Shown here: positions 9,997-19,664 of the stretch, one piece after another
Layout of the letters: every line of letters starts with the position of its first letter
How positions within the stretch are numbered: position 1 is the stretch's first letter
DNA from: Polyangiaceae bacterium
GTDB taxonomy: Bacteria > Myxococcota_A > Polyangia > Polyangiales > Polyangiaceae
Length of the DNA stretch: 64,000 nucleotides
Assembly (NCBI GenBank): GCA_965222375.1
Contig: CBDCTZ010000005.1
Span: 1 to 64,000, forward strand
Direction of reading: 5' to 3'
Program-made: the position numbers and the translations under genes
The notes under the pieces: model-generated
What the model saw: only the letters and a program-made list of their open reading frames with translations
Told to the model about the DNA's origin: nothing
Databases searched by the model: none

Positions 9997-10295
9997 CTCC
10001 CCTCAGCTACATCTTGCTGCTGGCGGCAGCCCTGTTCTGCCTCGGGGTCTATGCCGTCCTCACCCGGACCAACGCCATCGGCCTGTTGCTCGGTGTCGAG
10101 CTGATGGCCAACGCCGTGAACATCAACTTCGTGGCCTTTTCCCGCTACGCCGGCGGGCACACCGGGCAGGTCTTCGCACTCTTCGCGGTGGCCCTGACCG
10201 TCGCCGAAGTGGTCGTGGGCCTGGCCCTCGTGATCCTGCTGTACCGGTCGAGAAAGGACGTGCGCGTCGATCAAGCGCGCGCCCTGTCCCACTGA
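9993..10295 (+). CDS. nuoK: NADH-quinone oxidoreductase subunit K
   Basis: 100 aa; GVELMANA, VAEVVVGLA. Confidence 0.92.
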   Translation: MTPLSYILLLAAALFCLGVYAVLTRTNAIGLLLGVELMANAVNINFVAFSRYAGGHTGQVFALFAVALTVAEVVVGLALVILLYRSRKDVRVDQARALSH

Positions 10296-10302
10296 GCCCG
10301 CG

Positions 10303-12126
10303 ATGAACCCCTCCGCACCGCTCACCCAAGCTCTTGCCACGATCGCGGCGCCCCTGGTGGCAGCTCTCGCGATCGCCTTGATTGCACCCTTGCGCAAGTC
10401 GGGTCGACCGGCCGCCTACGTGTCGCTGGTGGCGGCGCTCGTCGCATTGGCCGCCGCGGCAAACCTGCTCTTGGGCCAACTGGCCGATCCGAGTCGCCTC
10501 CTCTTGGACGTCACGCGATGGATCCCGGTCGAAGGTGCGACAGCGGCCGAGGTCGGCGTACGTCTCGATGGCGTGAGCGCGTTGATGCTCGTGGTGGTCA
10601 CTGCCGTGGCATTCCTGGTCCAACTATTTTCTCTCGAATACATGGCCGAAGAGCCACCCGCCGCGCTGGGTCGCTACTTCGGTTTCCACTCGTTGTTCAT
10701 CGTCGCCATGAACATCCTGGTGCTCGCACCCAACATGCTCCAGCTGTTCATCGGGTGGGAACTCGTGGGCCTGACCAGCTACTTGCTGATCGGCTTCTAT
10801 TGGAGCAAGCCCAGCGCGGCCCGCGCAGCGGTCAAGGCGTTTTGGATGACGAAGCTCGCCGACATGGGCCTCGTGATCGCGCTTATCGTGCTGTACCGGG
10901 ACACCGGCAGTTTCTCCTGGACTGGGATCATGACCCTGGGCACAGCGAGCGTGGTCAGCGTGCTGCTGTTCGTCGCGGTCATGGGCAAGAGCGCTCAGTT
11001 CCCGCTGCACATCTGGTTGCCCGACGCCATGGAGGGCCCCACTCCCGTGAGCGCGTTGTTGCACGCCGCTACCATGGTGGCAGCGGGCGTGTACCTGATC
11101 GTCCGCGCCTATCCGATCTTCGAAGCCGCGCCCGACACGCGACTGCTCATGACCTACGTCGGGTCCTTTACGGCGCTTTTCGCGGCGATCGTGGCGGTCG
11201 TACAAACGGACATCAAGAAGGTACTGGCGTATTCCACCTGCTCACAGCTGGGCTACATGGTTGCCGCGTTGGGTGCCGGCTCGGCCTTCGCGGGCTACTT
11301 CCACCTGACCACCCACGCCTGCTTCAAAGCGCTGCTCTTCCTCGGCGCCGGCGCGGTGATTCACGCGGTGCACTCGAACGAACTCAGCGACATGGGTGGG
11401 CTGTTCGGCAAGATGAAGCTGACCGCCATCACCTTCATAATCGGTGCCTTGGCCCTCGCCGGTGTGCCGGGGTTGGCAGGGTTCTTCTCCAAAGACCTGA
11501 TCTTGGAGGTCCTGTACGAACAGAAGCAGTGGGCACCGCTGGGTGCGCTGTTGGCGGCTGCATTCCTCACCGCGCTGTACATGGGCCGTGTGATCTTCTT
11601 GGCGTTCTTCGGCAAAGCCAGCGCGGCCTCCAGCCGCGCTCACGACGGCCATTTCCCCATGAGCGCTCCCCTGGCGATCCTCGCGCTGCTGTCGCTGAGC
11701 GTCGGGCTGTTTGGCGGCCGCCTGGCCGAGCTGACAGGCAGCCAGTATCAGTTTCATGTCGGTGCGGTCGGGATCACCGGCACCGCCCTCGGCCTTTCCG
11801 GGCTGCTGCTGGCGTACCTGATCTTCGGCAGCAAGAGCGTATCGGTCTCGAGCTTCAGCTTTTTGGCTCCCCTGGCGGCCTTGGCCCGCTCGGGTGCGGT
11901 GGATCGGGCGTTTCAAACCGGCTTTCGTCGGGTCGTGCTCGTCTTCGCCGACGCCATCGGCTGGTTCGATCGCTACGTCATTGACGGCGTAATGAACTTC
12001 ATGGGCTGGGCGGCGATCGTGGGCGGGCGCCAGCTGCGTCGGATCCAAACCGGCAATGTGACCGACTACGTCTACGCCGTCGTGGCCGGCGCCATGCTGC
12101 TGCTGGCTTGGGGGATGTTCGGATGA
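10303..12126 (+). CDS. nuoL: NADH-quinone oxidoreductase subunit L
   Basis: GKSAQFPLHIWLPDAMEGPTPVSALLHAATMV, LAYSTCSQLG. Confidence 0.93.
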   Translation: MNPSAPLTQALATIAAPLVAALAIALIAPLRKSGRPAAYVSLVAALVALAAAANLLLGQLADPSRLLLDVTRWIPVEGATAAEVGVRLDGVSALMLVVVTAVAFLVQLFSLEYMAEEPPAALGRYFGFHSLFIVAMNILVLAPNMLQLFIGWELVGLTSYLLIGFYWSKPSAARAAVKAFWMTKLADMGLVIALIVLYRDTGSFSWTGIMTLGTASVVSVLLFVAVMGKSAQFPLHIWLPDAMEGPTPVSALLHAATMVAAGVYLIVRAYPIFEAAPDTRLLMTYVGSFTALFAAIVAVVQTDIKKVLAYSTCSQLGYMVAALGAGSAFAGYFHLTTHACFKALLFLGAGAVIHAVHSNELSDMGGLFGKMKLTAITFIIGALALAGVPGLAGFFSKDLILEVLYEQKQWAPLGALLAAAFLTALYMGRVIFLAFFGKASAASSRAHDGHFPMSAPLAILALLSLSVGLFGGRLAELTGSQYQFHVGAVGITGTALGLSGLLLAYLIFGSKSVSVSSFSFLAPLAALARSGAVDRAFQTGFRRVVLVFADAIGWFDRYVIDGVMNFMGWAAIVGGRQLRRIQTGNVTDYVYAVVAGAMLLLAWGMFG

Positions 12127-13661
12127 ACACCCTGCCCACCCTGGGAATCATCGTCGCGGCGCCGGCCGTTGCGGCCGTGCTGCTGCTCTTGATTCCTAGC
12201 CGGGCCAAATTGTTGGTCCGCTTCACGGCCTTGCTGGGCGCGCTGGTTTCCTTTGCGGGCAGCGTACGTGTCGCCCTGACCTACGACCGACTGCTGGGCG
12301 GTTTTCAGCAGGAAGAGTCCTACCCACTGGTGCCCGACCTCGGCATCACCCTGCGGCTCGCCGTCGATGGCTGGGGCGTGTCCCTGTTGCTGCTCACGGG
12401 CATCATCATCTTCGCAGGTGTGCTTGCAACCTGGACCCTGAAGACTCGAGAGAAAGAGTTCTTCATCTATCTGTTGCTGCTGGTGGCTGGCGTCTTCGGC
12501 GTGTTTGTCGTGCAGGATTTGTTCGTCTTCTTCCTGTTCTACGAAATTGCCGTGCTGCCGATGTATCTGCTCATCGGCATCTGGGGCTCGAGTCACGCTG
12601 TCACCGAGGCTGGTCCGTTCCGCTACGTGTGGAAAATATTGGACATCGGCGGCCGCGAATACGCGGCCATGAAGTTGACCCTGATGCTCTTGGTGGGCTC
12701 GGCCTTCATCCTGGTCGCGATGTTCGCCCTCTACGTGGCTGCGGGCAGCACCAGCTTCGACCTCGAGCATCTGGCTAGCGTCAAATACGACCGCAGCCTG
12801 CAGATGTGGGCGTTTCCAGCGCTCTGGCTCGGCTTCGGATCCCTCGCCGGCGTGTTCCCATTTCACACTTGGTCACCGGACGGCCACGCTTCGGCCCCCA
12901 CGGCCGTCAGCATGCTGCACGCGGGGGTGCTGATGAAGCTGGGCGCCTTCGGAATCATGCGCGTGGGCATGGTTCTGTTGCCCGAGGGTGCCAGGGAGTG
13001 GGCACCGCTAATCGGTGGCGTCGCAGTCGTCAACGTCGTGTACGGGGCGCTGTCCGCGATGAGCCAGAAGGATCTGAAGTACATCGTCGCCTATTCGTCG
13101 GTGAGCCACATGGGCATCGTGATGCTCGGAGCGGCCACCCTCACGCCCATGGGTTGGAATGGCGCCGTGTACCAGATGTTTGCGCACGGCATCATGACCG
13201 GGCTGTTCTTCGCATTGGTCGGATTGGTGTACGAGCGGGCGCACACACGCCTGGTGCCCAAGATGGGCGGCTTCGCCAAGGTCATGCCCGGCACCGCTGC
13301 GTTTTTCACCTTGGCCTGCCTCTCCTCCCTCGGCCTGCCGGGCACAGCCGGATTTGTCGCCGAACTCTTGGTCTTCGTCGGCGCGTTCCAGAGCGCTCAT
13401 TCCTGGTGGGCCATCCCCGCCGTGCTCGGCGCCTTTCTCACCGCCGTATACGTGTTGCGAGCGGTCAAGAATATCTTCTGGGGGCCCGGGCCCGCAGAAA
13501 CCTACGCCGATCTTTCCGATGCCAAGAAGACGGAATGGGGCGCCCTTTGGATCTTGGGCGCTGCGCTGATCTTGTTTGGGGTCTGGCCGGATTTGGTGCT
13601 CGTCTTCATCGATCGCGCGACGCCAACGCATCTTTCCGCCGTGCTGGGGGCGACCAAATGA
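12123..13661 (+). CDS. nuoM: NADH-quinone oxidoreductase subunit M
   Basis: FHTWSPDGH, AGVLMKLG, AYSSVSHMG, LGLPGTAGFVAE; ATGA overlap with nuoL. Confidence 0.92.
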   Translation: MNTLPTLGIIVAAPAVAAVLLLLIPSRAKLLVRFTALLGALVSFAGSVRVALTYDRLLGGFQQEESYPLVPDLGITLRLAVDGWGVSLLLLTGIIIFAGVLATWTLKTREKEFFIYLLLLVAGVFGVFVVQDLFVFFLFYEIAVLPMYLLIGIWGSSHAVTEAGPFRYVWKILDIGGREYAAMKLTLMLLVGSAFILVAMFALYVAAGSTSFDLEHLASVKYDRSLQMWAFPALWLGFGSLAGVFPFHTWSPDGHASAPTAVSMLHAGVLMKLGAFGIMRVGMVLLPEGAREWAPLIGGVAVVNVVYGALSAMSQKDLKYIVAYSSVSHMGIVMLGAATLTPMGWNGAVYQMFAHGIMTGLFFALVGLVYERAHTRLVPKMGGFAKVMPGTAAFFTLACLSSLGLPGTAGFVAELLVFVGAFQSAHSWWAIPAVLGAFLTAVYVLRAVKNIFWGPGPAETYADLSDAKKTEWGALWILGAALILFGVWPDLVLVFIDRATPTHLSAVLGATK

Positions 13662-15136
13662 TCCCCTCGGCAGCTGACTTTCAGCCCCTGGCCATCGACT
13701 TTGGCGTGTTGGCCCTGATCCTGTCGGTGTTCGTCGGCGATCTCGTGCTGGGTGCCAAGAGCGGCAAGATGCTCGGCCTGAGCGCGGGGCTGTCCTTGCT
13801 CGTGCTCTTGGCGGCAAGCTTCAACCTGAATCTCAATGGCTCGGCGTTCTTCGGAGCCTACGTCGGCTCAGCCTGGAGCACGTTCTTCAAGCGACTGTTC
13901 CTGCTCTCGGGAGCGCTCGCCATCCTGGGCAGTCTCGATCACGTGGGCAGGCACTACCCGCACCGGCAGACCGAGTTCTATCTCATGGTGCTGGCCAGCG
14001 TTTTGGGCATGACGCTGCTGCCAGGCGCACGTGAGCTCATACTGATCGTGGTGTGTTTCGAACTGATGGGGATCCCGCTCTTCGTGCTTGCCGCCTACGC
14101 CAAGACAGATCACGCGACCAAGCCCCATCGCCACGCGCCCGAGGCTGCTCTCAAACTATACTTGGTCGGCGTCGCCAGCACGGCGTTGACCCTCTTTGGA
14201 ATGTCGTGGATTTACGGCATGGCGGGCACCACGTACATCGATCGCCTGATCGCAGCCCCGGCCTCGCCCATGCTGACTGCAGGTGGAGTGCTGGTGCTCG
14301 CAGGTCTGGCCTTCAAGATCGGTGCGGTTCCCTTTCATTTCTGGGTCGCCGACACCTACCAAGGCTCGAACACGCCCTTCGTCGCGTTCCTTTCCGTCGC
14401 GCCCAAGCTGGCGGGCTTCGTGGCCCTGGCTGCCGTGCTGCAACGTGGGTTGGATGCCGCTCAGCCACAACGCCCCATGCTCATACTGATCGCTGCGGCC
14501 AGCATCGTATTGGGCAACCTACTGGCGGTGACGCAAACCAACGTGAAACGCCTGCTGGCATTCTCCGGCGTGGGCCACATCGGATTGATCTTGCTGGCGT
14601 TCATCCCCGGAGACGCCCCGAGCCTCAGGATGCTGCTGTTCTATTCGGCAGCCTACGTCGTGACGAACATCGGGGCGTTCTTGGTCGTGGAAGCGGTAGA
14701 AGACGCCGAAGGAGATTGCAGCTTGGACGCGTTTCAAGGGCTGGTGCATCGCTCTCCGAGCTTGGCATTCGCAATGCTGGTCTTCCTGCTTTCTCTGGCC
14801 GGGATCCCATTCATGATCGGTTTTTGGGCAAAGCTGTATGTCTTCTTGGCCGCGTGGGAAGCCGGACTGACCTGGCTGGTCGTGGTCGGAGCCGTCGCCG
14901 CGGTCATCGGCTTGTTCTATTACTTGCAGATCGCTCGAGCGATGTTCATGAAGCAGGCGCGAGAGGATGCCCCGGTCCTCCCTCAGCGCTTGGGCCTGAC
15001 GTTCTCCATTGCGGTCTGCCTGGCCGGTGTGATCGTGTTCGGGCTCTTTCCCGCGCCGCTGCTGGAGCAAGCGGAGCGCGCGGCCGGCGCCTTCCTGCTC
15101 GGGCCCCACCGCTTGGCTCTCGGCGTGCTGAAGTAA
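13658..15136 (+). CDS. nuoN: NADH-quinone oxidoreductase subunit N
   Basis: FKIGAVPFHFW, KRLLAFS, SLAGIPF, YYLQI; ATGA overlap with nuoM. Confidence 0.92.
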   Translation: MIPSAADFQPLAIDFGVLALILSVFVGDLVLGAKSGKMLGLSAGLSLLVLLAASFNLNLNGSAFFGAYVGSAWSTFFKRLFLLSGALAILGSLDHVGRHYPHRQTEFYLMVLASVLGMTLLPGARELILIVVCFELMGIPLFVLAAYAKTDHATKPHRHAPEAALKLYLVGVASTALTLFGMSWIYGMAGTTYIDRLIAAPASPMLTAGGVLVLAGLAFKIGAVPFHFWVADTYQGSNTPFVAFLSVAPKLAGFVALAAVLQRGLDAAQPQRPMLILIAAASIVLGNLLAVTQTNVKRLLAFSGVGHIGLILLAFIPGDAPSLRMLLFYSAAYVVTNIGAFLVVEAVEDAEGDCSLDAFQGLVHRSPSLAFAMLVFLLSLAGIPFMIGFWAKLYVFLAAWEAGLTWLVVVGAVAAVIGLFYYLQIARAMFMKQAREDAPVLPQRLGLTFSIAVCLAGVIVFGLFPAPLLEQAERAAGAFLLGPHRLALGVLK

Positions 15137-15157
15137 CGACGCAGAAGCTGCGTGGGG

Positions 15158-15541
15158 TTAGTCCTTTTCGGACCCGAAGATGGCGCGGTCTCGCCGCTGC
15201 ATCTCGCGAGCGACCACTTTTCCCAGGGTTTCCAGCCCATCTTGCTTGGGTACAAACTGGGCGCTGCGCCCGACGAGGATCCGTTGGTCCGTCGTACCTG
15301 TATAGAACACGATCGTGTCCGTAATCCCGTCACGCATCAGGCACTCAGCCAGGTCAACACCATCCCCGTCCGGCAAGAGCAAGTCGAGAACCGCCACGTC
15401 GAAGGTTCCGGTAACTGCCAACGCACTGGCAACGGTTGGGGCCAGGCTGACCTCGAAGCCGATGCGACTGAAGTGTCGCACCATCGCCCGGGCCGTTGGC
15501 GGGTCATCCTCTACGATCAGTAGTGTACGGTCAGCAACCAT
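15158..15541 (-). CDS. single-domain response regulator
   Basis: LIVEDD, VLDLLLPDGDG, conserved T and K; no output domain. Confidence 0.8.
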   Translation of the reverse strand: MVADRTLLIVEDDPPTARAMVRHFSRIGFEVSLAPTVASALAVTGTFDVAVLDLLLPDGDGVDLAECLMRDGITDTIVFYTGTTDQRILVGRSAQFVPKQDGLETLGKVVAREMQRRDRAIFGSEKD

Positions 15542-15604
15542 CGTCACCCACAGTGTAGCTAGGCCTTGCCTTTTCGGAGCCCCCCCGTTGGTGTACCATT
15601 TTGA

Positions 15605-16948
15605 ATGGGAATGGCTCGCGAATTCATCAGCGTAGCCTCATCGAGCGCAGACGTGCGGCGTGCCGTCGAGAGCGCGGCTGAGAAACTACAACTGTCCTTG
15701 CAGGAACACTCGGCAGACGCTTCGGTTTCGCAAATTCTGTACCAGTCTCGGATCTGTGTCGTGGATGTGAGTCATCTAGCGACTGCGCAGCTCACTCCCC
15801 TACTTGACGCGTTGACGCCCGACAGTCGAGACGACGACGTGTTGGTCATTCACTTAGGCGCAGACAGAGCCCGGTTGCAGCTGTTGAGGTACTCCCAAGA
15901 GCAATTGGTCGGCGGCACGTTGACCCTGCTCGCCGGACTCGTGGGCACACCGCAGGCCGAAGATCCTACCCAGCGTCTGCTCGGGAGGTCCAATGCTCTA
16001 GAACTCGTGCGGGACCAGACGCGTAGCGTCGCGCGCTTCGTGGATGTGTCGGTGCTCATTCTCGGAGCGAGCGGTACCGGCAAGGAGTTGGTAGCTCGAG
16101 CTATCCACGAGCTGTCCTTTGGTATGGACGCACCCTTCGTCGCGATCAACTGCTCCGCCATCTCGCCCTCGCTTTTCGAAAGCGAGCTTTTCGGACACGA
16201 GGCGGGTTCCTTCACGGGCGCACGCAGTGCGAAGACCGGCCTATTCGAAGCCGCAGCGGAGGGAACTCTGTTCTTGGACGAGATAGGAGAGATGCCTGAA
16301 CAGATGCAGGCGAAGCTGCTGCGCACCCTGGAATTGCGCGAATTTCGCCGGGTCGGGGGCACCAAGACTCATCAGCTCAGCGCGCGCGTGATCAGCGCAA
16401 CCCATCGAGGCGTGGGTGGCAAGGTCGGGACCTTGCGTCTGGATTTGTACTTCCGACTCGCGGGTTTCACGATCATGCTGCCTCCACTCATCGAACGCGG
16501 CGAGGACATCGTCTTGCTTGCACGCCACTACGTCGCCCTGTTCTGCCGCCGGCACCAGCTTGCGCCCGTGACGCTCAGCCCGGAAGCGGAGGCGCGCCTT
16601 GCCGGTCACGCCTGGCCCGGAAACGTCCGGGAACTCCGCGCCATCGTGGAAAACGCAGTCATCGCATCGCGGGAGCCGGTGCTGAGCGAAAAGCAGATCA
16701 ATTTGGCGCTGTTGCGCCCGTCACCCTTTCGCCGTTCCAGTCCACCCGAGCAGGCTCCGACGGTCACCCGCTCGGGCACCTTCCGCGCGCTGGACACCGG
16801 GCAAAGCAGCACCCTGAGAGATTTCGAGCGCGACATGATTTCCTCGGCTTTCAACGAGGCCTCAGGCAACCTGAGCCAAGCTGCTCGTATACTGGGGATC
16901 CCGCGTTCAACTCTGCGCGACAAGCTACGGCGCTACGGCCTGATCTGA
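15605..16948 (+). CDS. sigma54-dependent enhancer-binding protein with degenerate N-terminal domain
   Basis: GASGTGKE, ESELFGHEAGSFTGA, LFLDEIGE, WPGNVREL, Fis-type HTH. Confidence 0.9.
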   Translation: MGMAREFISVASSSADVRRAVESAAEKLQLSLQEHSADASVSQILYQSRICVVDVSHLATAQLTPLLDALTPDSRDDDVLVIHLGADRARLQLLRYSQEQLVGGTLTLLAGLVGTPQAEDPTQRLLGRSNALELVRDQTRSVARFVDVSVLILGASGTGKELVARAIHELSFGMDAPFVAINCSAISPSLFESELFGHEAGSFTGARSAKTGLFEAAAEGTLFLDEIGEMPEQMQAKLLRTLELREFRRVGGTKTHQLSARVISATHRGVGGKVGTLRLDLYFRLAGFTIMLPPLIERGEDIVLLARHYVALFCRRHQLAPVTLSPEAEARLAGHAWPGNVRELRAIVENAVIASREPVLSEKQINLALLRPSPFRRSSPPEQAPTVTRSGTFRALDTGQSSTLRDFERDMISSAFNEASGNLSQAARILGIPRSTLRDKLRRYGLI

Positions 16949-16961
16949 GCTCGAACGGCGC

Positions 16962-16977
16962 GGGCACGTTTCTTGTA
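16962..16977 (+). promoter_or_regulatory. possible sigma54 promoter (imperfect -12)
   Basis: GGGCACG-TTTC-TTGTA: GG-N10-GT, directly before the 16991-23278 gene run. Confidence 0.35.
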
Positions 16978-16990
16978 GCTAGCGCTCCTG

Positions 16991-18097
16991 ATGGACCGAA
17001 GTCGGGCAGCACACGCTGGGTCCACGTCGGACACCGCGGACAGCCGATTGAATGAACTCGCGGCCCTATCGGCGGACTTGTTGGCCCCTTGTGCGCCAGA
17101 AGACCCGACCGGCGTTGTCATCGTGGTCGACCCCCAAGCCGTGCACGTTATCCGGGGAAAACCCGACGCCGGGCAGATAGACCGCGTACCCAACCTCAGC
17201 GCCGCTGGCCGCGTCGCCCGCGAATCCGTCAGACCACCACCGAGCACTGACCGGGCTCGGCGCCGCCGAAGCGCGAGCGGCCCGTGCCAGCTGTTTTCCT
17301 GGGTTGCTGCGCTGGGTGCGGATGCCTGCGGGGCGATGCGGCTCCACCAGGATTCGCGGCTGGTCGGAACCGTATACGTGGAAAAAGGTAGGGTTTGTTG
17401 GGCTTCCACCCCCACGCTGCGTCGGCGTCTCACGGCCCTGCTCAAGCAGCGCACGGGTGGGTTCGACGAAGACGTGGTTGAGGACATCATTCGCTGGTGT
17501 GGGCGCACCGGCGAGCCCTTCGGGGAGGCGTTGGTGAAGAGTGGAACCCTTTCCGCCGCGGGTTTGTGCTCTGCACTCCGACAGCAGACAGCCGAGGCGT
17601 TTGCCGACATCTGTAGTCGGGGCTCCCTACGCGTGGCCTGGGTCCCGAATCGCAGGAGCTACGATGCTACATTCACCTTCACTGCCACAGATATCCTGAC
17701 CGAGCAGGGACGCCTGGCAGCGCCCGAAGTCGCCAAGCAAGCTCAGGAGCATATTCAACGCTTACTCAAGAGCGGAGGCGCAGGAGTCGCGTGTGCCCAC
17801 GGCCGATCCCAGCTGCCGATCGCTTCGATCCGAACCGAAGATTGGAGCGCGCGGAAGTTGGAGCTCGTCGCTAGCTGGGCAAAACGCTTGGTAAGCGCCA
17901 CATCGAAGGGAATCGTGGGTGCGACGAGCTGCCATGGGCGCGCACTCGTCGCGTGGCGGTACGGTGATGTGGTCTACGCCACCACGACAGCTCCATCACT
18001 GCTCCCACTGAGACTTGCGAGCGTTGGCGGAACCTTGAAGCTCCTTGGGCCAGATGACGGATATCGTCAGTCAGTGTCGGAATCCGCCACCGACTGA
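16991..18097 (+). CDS. hypothetical signalling protein, DUF4388-like with an MshEN-like motif
   Basis: GTVYVEKGRVCWA strand pattern and FGEALVKSGTLSAAGLCSALRQQ; start uncertain. Confidence 0.5.
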   Translation: MDRSRAAHAGSTSDTADSRLNELAALSADLLAPCAPEDPTGVVIVVDPQAVHVIRGKPDAGQIDRVPNLSAAGRVARESVRPPPSTDRARRRRSASGPCQLFSWVAALGADACGAMRLHQDSRLVGTVYVEKGRVCWASTPTLRRRLTALLKQRTGGFDEDVVEDIIRWCGRTGEPFGEALVKSGTLSAAGLCSALRQQTAEAFADICSRGSLRVAWVPNRRSYDATFTFTATDILTEQGRLAAPEVAKQAQEHIQRLLKSGGAGVACAHGRSQLPIASIRTEDWSARKLELVASWAKRLVSATSKGIVGATSCHGRALVAWRYGDVVYATTTAPSLLPLRLASVGGTLKLLGPDDGYRQSVSESATD

Positions 18098-18136
18098 CGG
18101 CAACCGCCAGCCTGGCCTCAACACTACGGACGCGCG

Positions 18137-19273
18137 GTGTGGTTTGCTACTTGCAGGCCTAGACCGCTCGTGAAGTGGGCAGCAAAAGGACGTTGTCATC
18201 CGTCTTCCGGCGTGCACCCGCGCCCCGGAGACCGCCGCGCGGAGATCCATGCGTCTCTGCCCGTTGCAGTGCTGGTAGTGGACGACCAGGGCCGCATCAC
18301 GGACGTCAACAAGCGCGGAGAGCAAGTGCTGCAGCGTCCCGCCGCTGCTTTGCTCGGAATCGAACTCCGCAACGTGCTCGCCTCCACGCGGGCCCTGGCG
18401 GACAGCGCTGCGGGCGGCCTTGAAGAGCGTGCGCGCTGCCGTCTTCGCATCGACGGAGAGGAACGGGTGATTGGCTTCCGCGCGACCGAGATGCCTCAAA
18501 CCGGTGGCTTTACCGTGGTCTTCCAGGACATCACGGCCTGGGACAAACTCCGCGGGGAGCGAGATCGGCTGATGCAGCTGGCCGGGGTTAGCGAGGTCTT
18601 GCCGGCAATCCTGCATGAGCTGCGCAACCCGCTCGCCGCTATGGCGGCCAGCCTCGAGTTGATGCTCGAAGACGCGCCGGGCGAGTACAGCGCAGAGGAC
18701 CTACACGCAGTTCTGGGCGAAGTGCGACGGGCCCTGTTGACCCTCGACGGCTTGGGCTCCGTCGACCACCAGCTGCACGACACCCGCAATCACGCCGTGG
18801 ATTTGGCTATCCGAGAGGTGTGCCGGGTGCTGACGGGTCAAGCGCGGTCCCGCGGGATCACGATCCACACGGCCGTGGAAAACATGCCGCTCTTGCCCCT
18901 GAATCGAGCGGTAGTACGCGCGATCCTCTTCAACCTCGTGACGAATGCAGTGCATGCGGGTCAAGACGGGGGAAACGTGTGGGTCGATGCCGAGCTCTGC
19001 GCCGGCCTGCTGCATGTCGAAGTGCGAGACGACGGCGAGGGCATGCCCGAGAATGTCCGGTCGCGCTGCCGAGAGATGTTCTTCACCACCAAGTCCAAAG
19101 GCACCGGCATAGGACTTGCACTTTGTGAACGCATCGTACGTTCTGCATGCGGGAGCTTGGAGGTCGACTCTCATGCTGGCCGCGGAACGACTGTTTCGTT
19201 GAACATCCCCATCGCGGCGCCGCCACGCAGTGAACATCCCCCTGCCGCAGTGGCAATTCTTCCCAAGGAGTAG
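18137..19273 (+). CDS. PAS-domain histidine kinase (true start probably downstream)
   Basis: VLVVDDQGRITDVN PAS; HELRNPL, NLVTNA, DDGEG, FFTTK, GTGIGL. Confidence 0.88.
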   Translation: MWFATCRPRPLVKWAAKGRCHPSSGVHPRPGDRRAEIHASLPVAVLVVDDQGRITDVNKRGEQVLQRPAAALLGIELRNVLASTRALADSAAGGLEERARCRLRIDGEERVIGFRATEMPQTGGFTVVFQDITAWDKLRGERDRLMQLAGVSEVLPAILHELRNPLAAMAASLELMLEDAPGEYSAEDLHAVLGEVRRALLTLDGLGSVDHQLHDTRNHAVDLAIREVCRVLTGQARSRGITIHTAVENMPLLPLNRAVVRAILFNLVTNAVHAGQDGGNVWVDAELCAGLLHVEVRDDGEGMPENVRSRCREMFFTTKSKGTGIGLALCERIVRSACGSLEVDSHAGRGTTVSLNIPIAAPPRSEHPPAAVAILPKE

Positions 19274-19276
19274 CTC

Positions 19277-19642
19277 ATGGCCAGAACAGATCAGCTCAAC
19301 AACGTGCTTCGTTCGCTGCAGTCCGGCACGCCGGACATCGAAGCGAGCGCGCTCATCTCCGATGACGGCTTGATGATCGCGAGCGCGCTTCCTCAACACG
19401 TCGACGAGGTGCGGGTTGCAGGAATGAGTTCCACCCTGCTCAGCCTGGGCACTCGGGCGGCACAAGAACTCGAGCGCGGCGTGCTCAATCAGGTCCTGAT
19501 TCGCGGCGACCACGGCTATGCGGTCATGGTCAAGGCCAGCGAGGGCACGATGCTCCTCACCCTGACCACCGCCGAAGCGAAGCTGGGGCTCATCTTTCTG
19601 GACATGGGCCGGGCCGTCAAAGAGATCGCCAAGGTTCTGTAA
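19277..19642 (+). CDS. Roadblock/LC7 (MglB-like) protein
   Basis: ALISDDGLMIASAL, AGMSSTLLSLG, KLGLIFLDM. Confidence 0.9.
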   Translation: MARTDQLNNVLRSLQSGTPDIEASALISDDGLMIASALPQHVDEVRVAGMSSTLLSLGTRAAQELERGVLNQVLIRGDHGYAVMVKASEGTMLLTLTTAEAKLGLIFLDMGRAVKEIAKVL

Positions 19643-19664
19643 CCCTCGCACGGTCTAGTTCGCC

